Shown: piece after piece, positions 13,489 to 29,035 of the stretch
Layout of the letters: every line of letters starts with the position of its first letter
Numbering within the stretch: position 1 is the first letter of the stretch
NCBI RefSeq assembly: GCF_009914755.1
Contig: NC_060936.1
Direction: 5' to 3' (one strand)
DNA: 64,000 nucleotides
DNA from: the human T2T-CHM13v2.0 reference genome, Homo sapiens
The notes under the pieces: model-generated
Told to the model about the DNA's origin: nothing
The model's database searches: none
The model's input: the letters and a program-made list of their open reading frames with translations, nothing else
Made by a program: the position numbers and the translations under genes

Positions 13489-16429
13489 TTAACTCTTATT
13501 ATTTTCAGAGATATTCAGCAAACGAGAAGTGGCAAATAAGTTATAATATACAGACACCATCATAATTAGTTTCAGCTTTGCTCAAAAGCTATCTTTATTC
13601 TAGGTTTATACCTAAGTTTAAAGCTAATTAGGAATGACAAGAATAAAACTGTGATGAGCTTTTATGTACTTTCTCTGTACATATCAGTGTTTTCATAGTT
13701 AATTATTATTTATATCTAAGACACTCCATCCATTGATCAGTGAAATCAAATAATATTTTCTGAATTTTGTCATGGTATAGTATAATATTTAAGAGGATAA
13801 ATGCTGGCATTACTTTGCCTGGTTTAAATCTCAGCACCATGATTTATTTACTGAGAGGCCATACTCAATTTACCTAATCTCCCTATTCTTAGGTTTACTC
13901 AATTTTCATTCCAGTATGCTAATGAGTACCTACCTCCTAAAAATTTTGCTAGAATTAAATTTCTAAAATTATATATAAGTCTTGAAGTTTGTTTTAAATA
14001 TTCTGGAAGGTTTCTAACAATAATCTATATATGCAAATCTCTCCTACATGTATTGCTACACATTTAAGTATATACTATAAATATTTGCATGCATTCAATT
14101 ATATACTGTAGACACCTTTGCATACCTATACACTACCAGTATCCATTCTTTTGCATATTTAACTATATAATGTAACAGAGATTAAGTGGCGTATACCTAA
14201 ATCTCTCTTTAGAAGTGGAGTTGAAAAGACTAGAAATATAGCCAGGATTTTTATGGCTATGATAGATTTGTACTCAAAGACTTGATTTGTTTTTAAATTA
14301 TTTAATTCCATTATAATAAACTCAAAATTTGAGTGTATTTAGTTATGGCCTTTTCCATTTTCCATGTGATAATCAACAACTGTGATAATCAACAACTGTG
14401 TATTTCTCTTTGAGAAACTGTGTTTCTCAAAGAGAGAAACAGCCTTTATGCAAAGGTGAAAAAAGTAGAGCAAATGGAAGATTTGAGACAGTTACTACAT
14501 AGGAGATCTTTGTTCTCAAACAAATACATGTTAGGTGAGTCTTCAGATTTTAAAGAGGTCAATGTAGGCTGACAATTCGAAAAAAGATGAGATTATAAAG
14601 TAGAGAGTAAAATGTTCCATGGGGGAATAAATATGGGTAAGCAGTACAAAGATAAGAGAAAAACATAGGAGATTAAATCATTTTTGAATTGTCAAAATAC
14701 ATGATTTTATACAATAAAAAAAATAGATTCCTCATGACCAGAAAATAATTTTAACCAAAGAATGGCGATGAATAATCTCTTCAGCATATATAAGCTTCAT
14801 GAATTTAAATATCTATACTTATGGCTGTATCTATTTATGGATGAAAAAAAGTAATATTGACTTGTCTTTCATTTATCTTTTTGCAAGAACACCATAGAGA
14901 AGCTGTCATTAAGTCTCAGCAGTAGCCTCTCTTTTGATTAATAATGGATAAATTAAAAAATCTAAAATATAATTTAGCAAATGTATAACTCATATAAATA
15001 TATATTTACATAAAGAAGTTTATATATCTTATTTCTGTATCTTAATATGGAAATAAAGGCATCATTTAATATGCAAAAGTGGTTTTTAGAATAAGCATAT
15101 GACATAATCCTTTTCTTTAAAAGTATTATCTTTAAAATTATTGAGTTGCATTTTTAGAGTAAAGCAAAAGGTTTTAATAAAGAGAAATGGTATGATAAAA
15201 ATGGGTGATATGTTTCAAAGTGTGAAAATATTATAAAAAGAGGAAAATTGGAACTATCCAGACATATGATTTTTAAAAAGTTATTAGAAATTGATCATGT
15301 AGGAATTTTCAAGAATAAAAGAGTTGAAATTTTAAAAAAAGTTCTTTAGCACTAGGAAATGTTTTTTTTTTTTTAGATTTAAGATTCAACTGGGAATGAA
15401 TGTAATGACTATTATTGGTGCTTTGTTGTTTTGTATGTGTATAGAATTTAATTTCAGTAGTTTAGCAATAAAAAATGGAATGTCTTGTTAGACTGTTATT
15501 TGATAATAGATCAATTTAGTTCAAGTCTTGGAAGATGCTCTTGCAAGATATTTATTAAACATCAAAAGTTATAGTCATTATCTTTCCATATTTCTAATGT
15601 GTTTCATTAACAAAAAATAAAATATTTTATATAACAGAATGCATGCATATATAAGTATGCAACATAATTTTTTGTTATTTTTCTTTTAAAATAAAAAGCC
15701 ATTTTGATATATTTAGTAATCTGTATTTACTACCTTCACTGACTTGCCCTTTACCCACAACATATTGGCTTTTGATTCTATAATCTTAATAAAATAATAT
15801 TGAGATGATATATATATCAGAAATAGCTCTAGGTACTGAGTAACAGTAGTAACAAATATAAACAAGACAAGACACAGTCTCACACAATTTTTATATCAAC
15901 AGACAAAGATAAATAATATAAAAATAAGCAAAAGAATACACACAAAAAAACAAAGTACAGAACTAACAAAATAGTGTGGAATGATATGAAATAATTTTTA
16001 ACAGTTTGAGCAGGCCTCTCTGAGGTTGTGATATTCTAATTTTCTTCAGAGAAGCTAAAAGCTGTATTATTATGTGAAACCTGTCGAATTTAAAATGTTG
16101 TGAGCTAAGTAGAATGTTTCAAAGACACCATGAAGGACAGTACTTTATAGGACAAATGAAACAAATTTGTGGGCATCTCCAACCTGTGAGCCACTCTTTT
16201 TTGTTTTTACTCACTACTCCAAACACTTCTTTTGGAATGATAGATTATTTTATTTATATTATCTAAATCTGTAATTCTTCCCTCTACCCCTCTTAATCTA
16301 TACATTATAATTGTCAAATAACTAATATAAATATGACCCAGATACTGCATCTATAATCAAATACTATATTTCTCTATAGTTAATTTAATATGTCAAATAT
16401 CTAGTTCATTCTTGTCAGTTTGGTACAAA

Positions 16430-16556
16430 CCAGTGGCTGAGAGAACAAACGTCAAAGCCAGTTTGTTTGAATAATGATTCTGCCAACTACTAGCTGAGTC
16501 AACTTGGCCAAGTCATTTAACCTTTTTGTGCCTCAGTTTTCTCTTATGTAAAATGC
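16430..16556 (+). mobile_element. MIR, 5' half (continues at about 17748-17850)
   Basis: ttggccaagtcatttaacctttttgtgcctcagttttctcttatgtaaaatg MIR core. Confidence 0.75.
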
Positions 16557-16557
16557 A

Positions 16558-17332
16558 TATATCTGTCAGGGTCCAATCAAGAGACAGGATCCACATAGTG
16601 ATTTGAAAAGGGGCTATTTAACATAAAGAATTATGAACCATACACAATTACTTATAAAGGGTAAATACCCTAGGGCTGAGGAGCATACCTAAAGAATGAA
16701 TTAACTTGTAAGGGGTCCACACTCCCTACAGTTGTGATTCAGAACTCATTAGAGAAGATGGGGCTATAGCCAAATGGATTGTGAAGTTCACTGGGTAGTC
16801 CTGGGACAGAGTTGGTCACATTATCTAGGCAGAGGCTGGTGGGTGGAGAATTGTGTCCAGATTCAACAAACAAGCAATAACTCTTTGAAGTATGGGCAGG
16901 CTGAGATTGGGAGGTCTACCTTGGGGGCATCTTGGAGTCTCACTGGGAATCTTCCTGTGGGGTTGCAGCTGAAACTCAATGCCAGAGAATTCCACTGGAT
17001 GCTCACAGAAACCACTGGTAGTCATGCCATAAAAGCAACAAAGGATGGAGAAGCAGAGGAAGCAGGGGAAGGAGTAGGAGGAGGAAGAGAAGGAGAAGGA
17101 GGAACAAGAGGAAGAGAAGATAAAGAAGGAGCAGGATAAATGAGAGGAAAACACCAGGATTGAGAAGAGAAGCTCCTTCTTCCTATAATGTCTGTCCATT
17201 GCCACCTACTGGCAATGCTTAATATTGTTCCAACTGCAAAGGAGAAATATTCAGAGCCCATCAACAATTTCCACAGAGCAGAAAGGAAGGTTGAATTTGG
17301 ACGTAAGAAGCAATAAATTGATAATTGGCACA
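16558..17332 (-). mobile_element. ERVL LTR (LTR33/LTR41/LTR52-like) with a GA-rich expansion at 17041-17140
   Basis: Reverse complement starts tgtgccaattatcaatttattgc...tccaaattcaacc and ends ...ccctgacagatata. Confidence 0.65.
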
Positions 17333-17746
17333 TTCGTTTTCAGGAGATTCTGTAACAAACTACCAAAAACTGGTTTGCTGAAAACAGTAGAAATCATTCT
17401 TTCACAGTTCTGTGGGCCAGAAACACAAAATCAAGGTGCTGCAGTTTCTTGGGGAGTTTCTAGGGGAGAATTGTTCCTTGTCTTTTCCAGATTCTGGTGG
17501 CCATCAGCATTTCATGTGACTACCTCACTCCAATCTCTGCCTCTGTCTTCCTATGGCTTTTTCTTCTGCTATCTCATGTAAGGGCATGTTTAGGACCAAT
17601 CTGTGTAATCTAAGATAGTCTCATCTCAAAATATTTAACGTAGTAAAATCTGAGAAGACCTCTCTTCCAAAAAGAAAATCACATTCCTAGGTTTCCAGGG
17701 CTAGGATATGGACATATCTACTTGGGGGCCACCATGGAGCCCTCTA
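17333..17746 (-). mobile_element. MLT1 (MLT1B/C-like) MaLR LTR
   Basis: tgtaacaaactaccaaaaactgg...tcacagttctgtgggccagaaa...aaatcaaggtg...ggacatatct. Confidence 0.75.
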
Positions 17747-17852
17747 AATTGGAGATGATAATGACAGTGTTTAATTTATAGGTTTCTCAGTAGTGATACA
17801 TGAATTAATATATGTAAAATACTCGTATGGTTCCTCACATAGACTCTACAAG

Positions 17853-17910
17853 TATCATCATCACCACCATTGTCGTCACCATCATCATCAACACCGTCAC
17901 CATCCTCATG
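17853..17910 (+). repeat. Imperfect (CAT/CAC)n microsatellite
   Basis: tatcatcatcaccaccattgtcgtcaccatcatcatcaacacc. Confidence 0.85.
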
Positions 17911-18383
17911 GTGATTGTTCCATCCCGCTATCTCTTAATCCTTCTCCAACTCCCCACTCTTCTCTTTCCCTTATAGACAGAATAATACACTTAGAAATTA
18001 TACCTTGACTCTTTATCAGATAAGTGACTTTTTCTCTAATTTTTAAAATGGAGATCTTTAATTTCACTTAAATTATATGCCAGATGATCTTACCCTGTTT
18101 AAAGATAAATAAGTCTCATAGAAGTTACATAACTTATTCAATGTCACTTGACAAATGGTGATGACGCCATTCAGTTTATAGAGTTTGTGGTACAGTAAGT
18201 AATTACTGTTACCATTACTAATAATACATGTACTACTACTACTATTACTATTATTATCATCTTTATGAATACTATCACTATCTACCTTTTTTAAAAAAGC
18301 ACACAGTAAGATTTCTCTGTTTCTCTCATTTCCTGCACTCTCTCTTTTAAATAATTAGCTATTTTTGGAAGTCTATCAATTTG

Positions 18384-18385
<2 letters not shown>

Positions 18386-18429
<44 letters not shown>
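18386..18429 (+). repeat. (CA)n microsatellite, about 22 units
   Basis: Seen directly. Confidence 0.97.
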
Positions 18430-18431
<2 letters not shown>

Positions 18432-19518
18432 TCCTGAATTGGCTTTCTCTGCTAATTTTCTCTTCAATTGCCATTATCATTTTGTACCCTTTTTAATTTA
18501 ATAACCTTTTCATTGATCTTCCTCATATTTTTGTCTCCCTTTCTTAATCTTTCTTCAACATAGTGAAAAATATGTTTATGCAACATACATCTAGTGTTAC
18601 CCTCATGCTTTAAAGTACTTTCATGAGTTTTATGGTTCTTTAGTATCTGGAGCCAAAATACTTTTTAGCTTTCTCTTCCATCTACATAAACTACGCTGCT
18701 CCCACAAAGTACTGTTAGTGATTTCTCTCAAAATATTATAAACTCCATATATTTGTTCACAGAATCTTCCTTTTCGTACTATTTAAAATTCAAATCCAGC
18801 TCAAATATCACCTCTCCTGTAAAATCCCACTCCAAGTCTCAAAGATAAAATAACTTATATCTTCCATGTTGAAACCAAATGTGAGTTTGGATTTTACCAT
18901 AGGGAACACCCTATCAAATGGACCATACCATGAGACATCTAGTTTCTCTCCTCTGGAGAGTGTCTGGATAGTTATCTTCAATCTTCTGTAAGAATGTCTT
19001 CTGTTGTCAAATGACTAGATGACAAAGATGAATTTTTTAAATTAAGGGTCCATATTTTATAAATATTTATATGATTTATTAGATTTTACAACATTGTTCC
19101 CTTGCCTTTTTACCTCATAGTACCCAAAACTCCCAAATAAAAGATATCAGATTATTATTTTTTTAAATATTTACCAGGAATATAGTCTAATTCCATTATT
19201 TGAAGTTACTTTGCAGTGCTCATAGTTATTAATGCCCACTATTTTTTTCAATTGACCTGCTATCAAGTAAGTAATTTGTTTGCTAAAAAAATTTGAGCCC
19301 TCACTATGTGTCATGCAATATAATAATAACTGGATATACTAAAATAATATTTTATAATGATTTGATTTATCAAAATTAAACTAAAAGGATAAATGTCACT
19401 CAAGCAGTTGCATATCATGCCTAAGATCCAAATATCACATTTTGATATTTTGACTTTAGCTTTTATTTCAATTTTAATTTATCTAACAGTTTTCCAGTAA
19501 GATGCTGATTTCCATTAT

Positions 19519-20660
19519 TTAAAGACTTAAATGTTAGATCTAAAACCATAAAAACTCTAGAAGAAAACCTAGGCAATACCATTCAGGACATAGGCATGGG
19601 CAAGGACTTCATGACTAAAACACTAAAAGCAATGGCAACAAAGGCCAAAACTGACGAATGGGATCTAATTAAACTAAAGAGCTTCTGCACAGCAAAAGAA
19701 ACTACCATCAGAGTGAACAGGCAACCTGCAGAATGGGAGAAAATTTTTACAATCCACCCGTCTGACAAAGGGCTAATATCCAGAATCTACAAAGAACTTA
19801 AATTTACAATAAGAAAATCAACCCCATCAAAAAAAAGTGGGCAAAGGATATGAACAGACACTTCTCAAAAGAAGACATTTATGCAGCCAACAGACACATG
19901 AAAAAATGCTCATCATCACTGGCCATCAGAGAAATGCAAATCAAAACCACAATAAGATACTATCTCACACCAGTTAGAATGGTGATCATTAAAAAGTCAG
20001 GAAACAACAGGTGCTGGAGAGGATGTAGAGAAATAGGAATACTTTTACACTGTTGGTGGGACTGTAAACTAGTTCAACCATTGTGGAAGACAGTGTTGCC
20101 ATTCCTCAAGGATCTAGAACTAGAAATACCATTTGACCCAGCCATCCCATTACTGGGTATATACCCAAAGAATTGTAAATCATGCTGCTCTAAAGACACA
20201 TGCACACATATGTTTATTGAGGCACTATTCACAATAGTAAAGACTTGGAACCAACCCAAATGTCGATCATAGACTGGATTAAGAAAATGTGGCACATACA
20301 TACCATGGAATACTATGCAGCCATAAAAAAGGATGAGTTGTCCTTTGTAGGGACATGGATGAAGCTGGACATCATCATTCTGAACAAACTATTGCAAGGA
20401 CAAAAAAACAAATACCGCATGTTCTCACTCATAGGTGGGAATTGAACAATGAGAACACTTGGACACAGACTGGTGAACATCATACACTGGGGCCTGTTGT
20501 GGGGTGGGAGTGGGGGGGCGGGATAGCATTAGGAGATATACCTAATGTAAATGACGAGTTAATGGGTGCAGCACACCAACATGGCACATGTATACATATG
20601 TAACAAACCTGCATGTTGTGCACATGTACCCTAGAACTTAAAGTATAATAATAAAAAAAA
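19519..20660 (+). mobile_element. 5'-truncated L1PA (about L1PA5-7): ORF2 C-terminus, 3' UTR and A-tail
   Basis: ORF fragments MGKDFMTKT... and [11 protein letters not shown]...[13 protein letters not shown] are L1 ORF2; G-rich 3' UTR; cttaaagtataataataaaaaaaa end; frameshifted. Confidence 0.97.
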
Positions 20661-21284
20661 TTTTTCTTCCTCTTTTTCTTTCCAACGATTTATGTTATAT
20701 TTGTTTGTTTCTTTTCCTGTCAGTCGATACAATTCTAATCCAACCAAAATATATTAGGTTCTTACTATGTATCAGAGATTGTGCAAGGTGCTTTCTCAGG
20801 CAGCATTTTATTTAACCTCCACAACAAACCTATGAAAGAAGATACTATTTTTCTTTTGACAACAAATTATCATAAAGATTAAGTAATTCTCAAAGTCATA
20901 CAATGATTAAAATTATAGAGGTAATATAAAAACAAAGCAATATGATTTTTTCCATCATTTATAATTTTTCCATTTTATTCTCATGCTTGCTTTCTTTAAA
21001 TTGTCCTTAAATTCTCTGGAGATATTGTGTAGTATAGTTTTCTCCAATACTTGAAATAGGATATTTCATCTGTGCCAAGACCTGGGTTCTGATATAGTAG
21101 TTATATTTATATACCCTATCTCCAAAGTACCCTTTATCCTTTATAGTTTGGATATTGCCAACAGAGTTGGCAATGTGCTTTATATATTTGCATCCAAGAA
21201 TCTACCTAGAGGTATGGGAGGGCATTAAAAGACAGGAGGTAGGGCATGAGTCTCCTTCCTTGGGGTATTAATGTTTAATTAACA

Positions 21285-21622
21285 TTGTTATTAAGAAGTT
21301 TATAAATTTACATGTAGTTTTAAGAAATAGTGTGCCCTTAACCTAGTTTCCACCAGTGGTAGCAATATCACAATGAAGATATTGAAAATAATACAATCAA
21401 CAAATCTTATTCAAAGTTCTCCAGTTTTACTCCTGTGTGTGTGTTGGTTGTATATGATTTCATCTCATCTGTCATTCAACATCCCAGTTAAGATACTGAA
21501 TATCTCTGTGACCACAGAAGTTCCTTATGTGGCCCTTTTATAAAAACCACCTCACCCTTCCTTCCACACAACACCCCCTCCCACTATTTCTAAGCCCTGG
21601 CAACCACTGATCTATTCTCCAT
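21285..21622 (-). mobile_element. L1MC-type 3' end fragment
   Basis: agttaagatactgaa...taagccctggcaaccactgatctattctccat. Confidence 0.65.
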
Positions 21623-21859
21623 AATCCCTTTGTTTAATTATATTGGCACTGACAGAAGCCAGATTGTTATCAAAGTCTACTTTCCTGGAGGATAGATAAC
21701 TTTTGACCCAGTTTTCCTGGTAGCAGTTTGCACCATAGAGAACTGGCTATAAAAATAAATCTAAAGACTGATAAAATGTGGAGTCCACACACTAACATTG
21801 TCGTTTGAGAATATACAGCAGTTAGAAAGGCAGTGTTTTACATTGTAGCACTAGGAATT

Positions 21860-22626
21860 CATTCATTGAACGAATATTTATTATGCTGTTAGCATCCTGG
21901 AGGTTTTACCACAGATATGCATCAGTGGCCATGAGTTGGGCAAGTTAACAAGCTAGATGAAGTGAATCCATCAGCCTTCAGCAAAGTTACCCCCATGCCT
22001 CCAACTTTCATGACAGAGGTGCCACGAGCGTGAGAGATGAGTGACTTTGTCAGAGCCTCAGCTGCTTTAGGCTGCCCGAGTGTCTGACCAAGGTAACCCT
22101 ACTGTACAGAGATCACGCCCTTTATGCCAGGCACCTTAGGGGCACCAACTTTTTCAAATTATCTTCTATCTTTTAAAGGAATGCATCAGAAAGAGAGTAT
22201 CTTCTTTCTGTGATGGTGACATGCTTTGTGCACTCGTGCACAGTCATATTTGTGCTCCTCGATCATTTCCTAATTTCCGGCTATGTAAATTACACTAGCA
22301 GTAGTGGAAGTCGGGGAGGTAACAGTGGCAATGCATGATATGTAATGAAACTTTCAGGACAACTGTCATCAATCTTGGCAGTCATGGGGTCTTTCAGCCT
22401 CAAAGACACATGTTTGCTCCTGTGTACTTGCAAATTAGACTTGGAGACACCATGTCCTACAGTTACAAAGATACATATCTCTGAAATTCCCCCATTTTCT
22501 TCCAAGGGATAGATTCATAGATGTGAATGAAGACTCGGGTTGATTTGAGTTTTTACTAGATAAAAATAGGGACTTCAAGAGACAATTACATCATCTGATC
22601 TCTGAGAACCGACATTTCTCACAACT
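21860..22626 (-). other. Candidate terminal exon of an unannotated minus-strand transcript
   Basis: Acceptor tctctcactggctttttcttcatttcctacag| with branch-like CTCAC; first downstream AATAAA I found is at 21882-21877 in an L2 3'-end remnant; non-repetitive and more GC-rich. Confidence 0.3.
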
Positions 22627-23451
22627 CTGTAGGAAATGAAGAAAAAGCCAGTGAGAGACTGGCAGAGCTTAGCGGGAAAGGTGCTTGCCTAGCAGCAAAG
22701 CAGCAGGAAATGATTGTGTCTGAGGGGAGTTTCACTGAAGAAAACACCTACAAAAATATATAGAGCACCTGTTCTAGGCAGTCACTGAAATGATAGTGAT
22801 GAGATGAACAACTGCACATATACTTGAGAAGATGTTTATGTGGAGAGTTCTTAAAGCATTCTTTACGTTTAAGGCCCATTAGGATATACAAATTGTATCA
22901 TCCTGGTATGCAGATTTTATATTACATTGTTGATGCTACTATATGCCTGAATAGAGTAAGAAGTATTATAAAGTGAAATGTGTTGTTCACATGAGAATGT
23001 GAATAATAGGCTTGTTAATACCAGAGAAACCTAGACAAAATATATTTATTACTAAGCATTGGCAAACTTTCTTTTAATCAAAAGGAAAACACAGCAATTG
23101 AGGCAAATAACAAGTTTCTTCCTTCCCTGAACTTGCCTTACAAGGAAATAAGGTAATTAGGTACAATCAAATCTCATCCCTGATTTATTCCTTGCCCTCC
23201 TTCTGATATTATAGGCTTAGAAATTAGAAATGAAGAAGCAGCTTCTCTTGCTGTCATGGATAGAAAGCAATGGTGAGAAACAGGATACAAAGTCAATATC
23301 GCAGTTTTTGAAAAATACTTCCTTTTAAACTGATATCCAGAATTCCAAGGATACTTCTCTGATTTATCCAGGAAAAAGTTAAGTGAGGAAGAGACATTGC
23401 CTCTGCAAAATCTCCTGACACATTCTGAGCAAGAAAAACTTGACTATATAA

Positions 23452-23792
<341 letters not shown>

Positions 23793-24018
23793 TTGCATTT
23801 ATTATGTTTTACCCTAAATGGAACTCTCCCATCATTCTAAGTGTTTTGGTTTTAAGTTCTCATTTTAGTTTATACATGTGGCTAGGTTAAAGAGCTTTAA
23901 AATAGGTGATATTTATTCTTCTGTGAAGAATGCAGAGGACATTTTTGCCAAAAGAAACAACAGCGCTGTTTGACAGATTGACGTTTTCTGGGACATGGGC
24001 CATACCAACTTATCTTAC

Positions 24019-24157
24019 CTCATGCCACACATGAACTACAAAGCTTTTGAGTGGGAAAGCTTCACCACAGGGGTGAGAACAGCTATAGTGGTGACAGAAA
24101 AATCTGGAGTTTCTATGGTTCACAGGGCAGTTAGCCAAACATTGGTCTCCCAATAAT
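24019..24157 (-). other. Candidate internal exon (139 nt)
   Basis: Acceptor tctgtttctcatgtttctggctttcag| and near-consensus donor GAG|GTAAGA; one open frame. Confidence 0.4.
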
Positions 24158-25112
24158 CTGAAAGCCAGAAACATGAGAAACAGAATGAATATGGCTTGAG
24201 GTGGTGCTGACTTTCCAAGTCCTTTAAACCAGAAAAACACATTAGAAGAACTGTCATTTCAGCAAACAAGCTCATGGGGGCACAACCACATGCTGTTGAT
24301 GTAATCTCAAAGCACTGTGCCCCAGATAAATGTGTGTGCTGATGAGCTATTGTGCTGTGAGTCTTTTTCTTCAATGTTTTGCTTTCTCATTTCCTCTGAT
24401 TTCTGTATACAGACTATTTTATAGTTCAAACCAAGAAACAATGTAGCAAAGCAGTATATTTACATAAAGATATTACTGGTTTTGTTTTTGTTTTTTGGGT
24501 TTGTATTTTGTTTCCCCCTCTTGTTTTTTGATATTTCCATGTTGATTTAGGCATTGATGACTTCGAAAAATAAATGAATCATTTTTTAAATTGTTAGCCC
24601 TAAATTTCAACAATACTATGAACCACAGAATATCAAAAATAATGAACAGCTACTTTAAGTCATAAACAATTAGAAAAAACATTTTAAAAATTGCACAGCG
24701 TATAGGTGAAATGACATTAAGACACCCAAATGAAATTTAACAAAAGACCATTTAAAGCTCACTTTAACTCTAATTATTGGGAATCCACATAGTGGGGGGA
24801 AAAGTATCTATTCTGAGTCAGTCTCTTTTCATTACTTGCTAACATTCCAATAAAAGAGGTATAGTGTAGTTGTAGAAAGAGTTCCAAATAGCAGTCACAA
24901 ACACCAGTTGCTGTTTATGCTATACTATTAGCTAGTTTTCTAATGTTTGTAAAGAAAAGTTATCTTCTCTAGGCTACACTTTTTTAATTTATAAAAGTAC
25001 AAATGCTAGACTAAATATTATGCAAATTCCCTTTCATGTCTGACATGATGTAACTCTGATGTTAAAACACTTCTATCTAAATGCATTTGCAGGCGGGCTT
25101 CTGGCTCATCTC

Positions 25113-26504
<1,392 letters not shown>

Positions 26505-27612
26505 TCATCTCTTTTGAACATCCAGCAGAAAGATATGGCTGAAAAACATTTCAGTAATTAATTTAAAAATTACCCTCTCCCATAAGAAAGTTTTTACTTC
26601 CATTGAATATTATGAATAAACTTTTTTCAAAGACGTTCTGTAATGCTTCTGAATAGTTGTCCATGTGTCCCACAAATATTTTTCATGGTGTCTGAGAGAA
26701 AGTCTACCTCAATGTCTTATCCACTAACAATAAGCAACTTTTAAATGAGCAAGGCCAATAGAGGAGGACTGTTAAACTTAAGTTGTTAAAACGACATTTA
26801 GTCTATTTTATGACAAAGGCTCTCAGAAAGGCAGACTATCATGTGGGAAGAATAAATATTATACCTTAAGTATTATCTTTGACTAATAAATATCAAGAAA
26901 ATATAAGAGGCTTTAATAAGTTCCTTTGCTTACAAATAAAGTTATATTTTTGCAAGTAATACATTTCATAGACAACTTTTCTCATAATTGCATCTGATAA
27001 GCATGTCTCAAACAATGGGGTATATTTAAATATTCTGTGTAAGATTTACTTTGGTCAAAAATTAACAAGTGTTACCTATTATTTTTTCTTAACATTTGTA
27101 TTTACCATATGGATAATTTTACATAAAGTAAATATTTAAAATATGTTTGGTCACTAAGTGGGATTGCCAAAGAAATCAAATTTGTTGTTTATCTGAAATT
27201 TCAATTAAACAGTCCTGTGTTTTTGTTTTTTATTTATTAAATGTGGCAATCTAGTCACCAAGTTCATATCCTCACATGAGTAAAATAAGATCTGAAAAAA
27301 TTGATAGCAACAGGAAGATACTATGTATATTAACATGAAAGCAGCAGAGCCATACAAATCCCCCTTAAAAAAGAAAAATCTTGCATTGATTATGTAAAAC
27401 CTGGTCAGATTTTGGATTAATAGAGCAGGATGGAATTATTCTAAGTGAAGTGTATTCTAGCATTGGAAATGGTATAAATAAAGGAAATAGTATCACTTGT
27501 TTAGGAAAAGTGTGCATGTTGACCTGACAGGGGTAAAGGTGAGAGAATGGAAGTAGTATGGAGAAAATTGAAATATATTGTGTGAGTTCACCTTATAATG
27601 GTTCTTAAAATT

Positions 27613-27742
27613 GGTCAGATGCAGTGGCACATGACTTTAATCCCAGCACTTTGGGAGGTTGAGGTGGGAGGATTGCCTGAGCCCAAGAGTTTGAGACCAG
27701 CCTAGGCAATATTGCAAGGCCCCATCACTATAATAAAAAAAA
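27613..27742 (+). mobile_element. Free left Alu monomer (FLAM_C-like)
   Basis: ggtcagatgcagtggcac...tcccagcactttgggagg...gagaccagcctaggcaa...A-tail; single arm only. Confidence 0.85.
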
Positions 27743-27869
27743 CTACTTAATGGTTAAAAAAGTGATTCAGGAAACACAGAAGAGCCATTTTAAGTTTCAA
27801 GGGAAGATATGATAAAAGTACTTTTAGAAAGATTGTTGAATTTCTTTTTATGAATACCTTATAAGGTTT

Positions 27870-28646
27870 TTTTAAATTATTATTACACTTTAAGTTTTAG
27901 GGTACATGTGCACAATGTGCAGGTTAGTTACATATGTATACATGTGCCATGCTGGTGTGCTGCACCCATTAACTCATCATTTAGCATTAGGTATATCTCC
28001 TAAAGCTATCCCTCCCCCCTCCCCCCACCCCACAACAGGCCCCAGAGTGTGATGTTCCCCTTCCTGTGTCCATGTGTTCTCACTGTTCAATTCCCACCTA
28101 TGAGTGAGAATATGTGGTGTTTGGTTTTTTGTTCTTGTGATAGTTTACTGAGAATGATGATTTCCAATTTCATCCATGTCCCTACAAAGGACATGAACTC
28201 ATCATTTTTATGGCTGCATAGTATTCCATGGTGTATATGTGCCACATTTTCTTAATCCAGTCTATCATTGTTGGACATTTGGGTTGGTTCCAAGTCTTTG
28301 CTATTGTGAATAGTGCTGTAATAAACATACGTGTGCATGTGTCTTTATAGCAGCATGAAGAAGACATATATGCAGCCAAAAAACACATGAAAAAATGCTC
28401 ACCATCACTGGCCATCAGAGAAATGCAAATCAAAACCACAATGAGATACCATCTCACACCAGTTAGAATGGCAATCATTAAAAAGTCAGGAAACAACAGG
28501 TGCTGGAGAGGATGTGGAGAAATAGGAACACTTTTACACTGTTGGTGGGAATGTAAACTAGTTCAACCCTTGTGGAAGTCAGTGTGGCGATTCCTCAGGG
28601 ATCTAGAACTAGAAATACCATTTGACCCAGCCATCCCATTACTGGG
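27870..28646 (-). mobile_element. Young L1PA (about L1PA2-3) with a 5' inversion (twin priming)
   Basis: 3' part antisense at 27870-28358, inverted sense part at 28358-28648; TSD tataaggttt at 27860-27869 and 28647-28656. Confidence 0.95.
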
Positions 28647-28989
28647 TATAAGGTTTATTTTTTAAAGATTTTCTTTTAATATGACATCTAGTAATATTAT
28701 ACAAAATAGAACAAATGTGTTTTTACTTGTGTAGTTAACATTATAATGCTGGAATGAATGTCCCCAAAGGCAAATTATTAAGATAGATGATAAAAGCCAG
28801 AGTTATAGGCAAAAGTTGCTATTTCAACAGCCTTTGCGCTTTTGGTGAGTTTGGTAATTGAAGGGTAATAAAAAAACAATACCTGTATACTTGATCTTGC
28901 ATGAGGCAGGAAGCTTGAACTGTGTTCCATCCTATGTAAAATTATCCAATTCTCAATCCCATAGGAAAAGATAGACTTAAAAAAATTAC

Positions 28990-29035
28990 CTGTTCACAGA
29001 CAAAAGAGCAAGGAATGTTTGTGCCATCCTTAATT
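28990..29035 (-). other. Candidate 46-nt exon containing an ATG in good Kozak context
   Basis: Acceptor tcttttttttcatttag|, donor CAG|GTAATT, aggATGG with ATG at 29027. Confidence 0.25.

Noticed and set aside
16774-17333. Overlapping 103-126 aa ORFs (Glu/Gly-rich and Ser-rich)
   Set aside because: They arise from a GA-rich low-complexity expansion within an LTR
17793-18008. Poly-histidine ORF
   Set aside because: Translation of a (CAT/CAC)n microsatellite at the end of a MIR
19500-20680. TSD for the plus-strand L1PA
   Set aside because: No convincing flanking duplication found, so none is claimed
21154-21174. 9-bp hairpin attgccaac-aga-gttggcaat
   Set aside because: Too short to exceed chance expectation in 64 kb
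22633-22680. Plus-strand 48-nt exon
   Set aside because: Weak donor (GTGCTT) and poor pyrimidine tract; the minus-strand acceptor at the same site is much stronger
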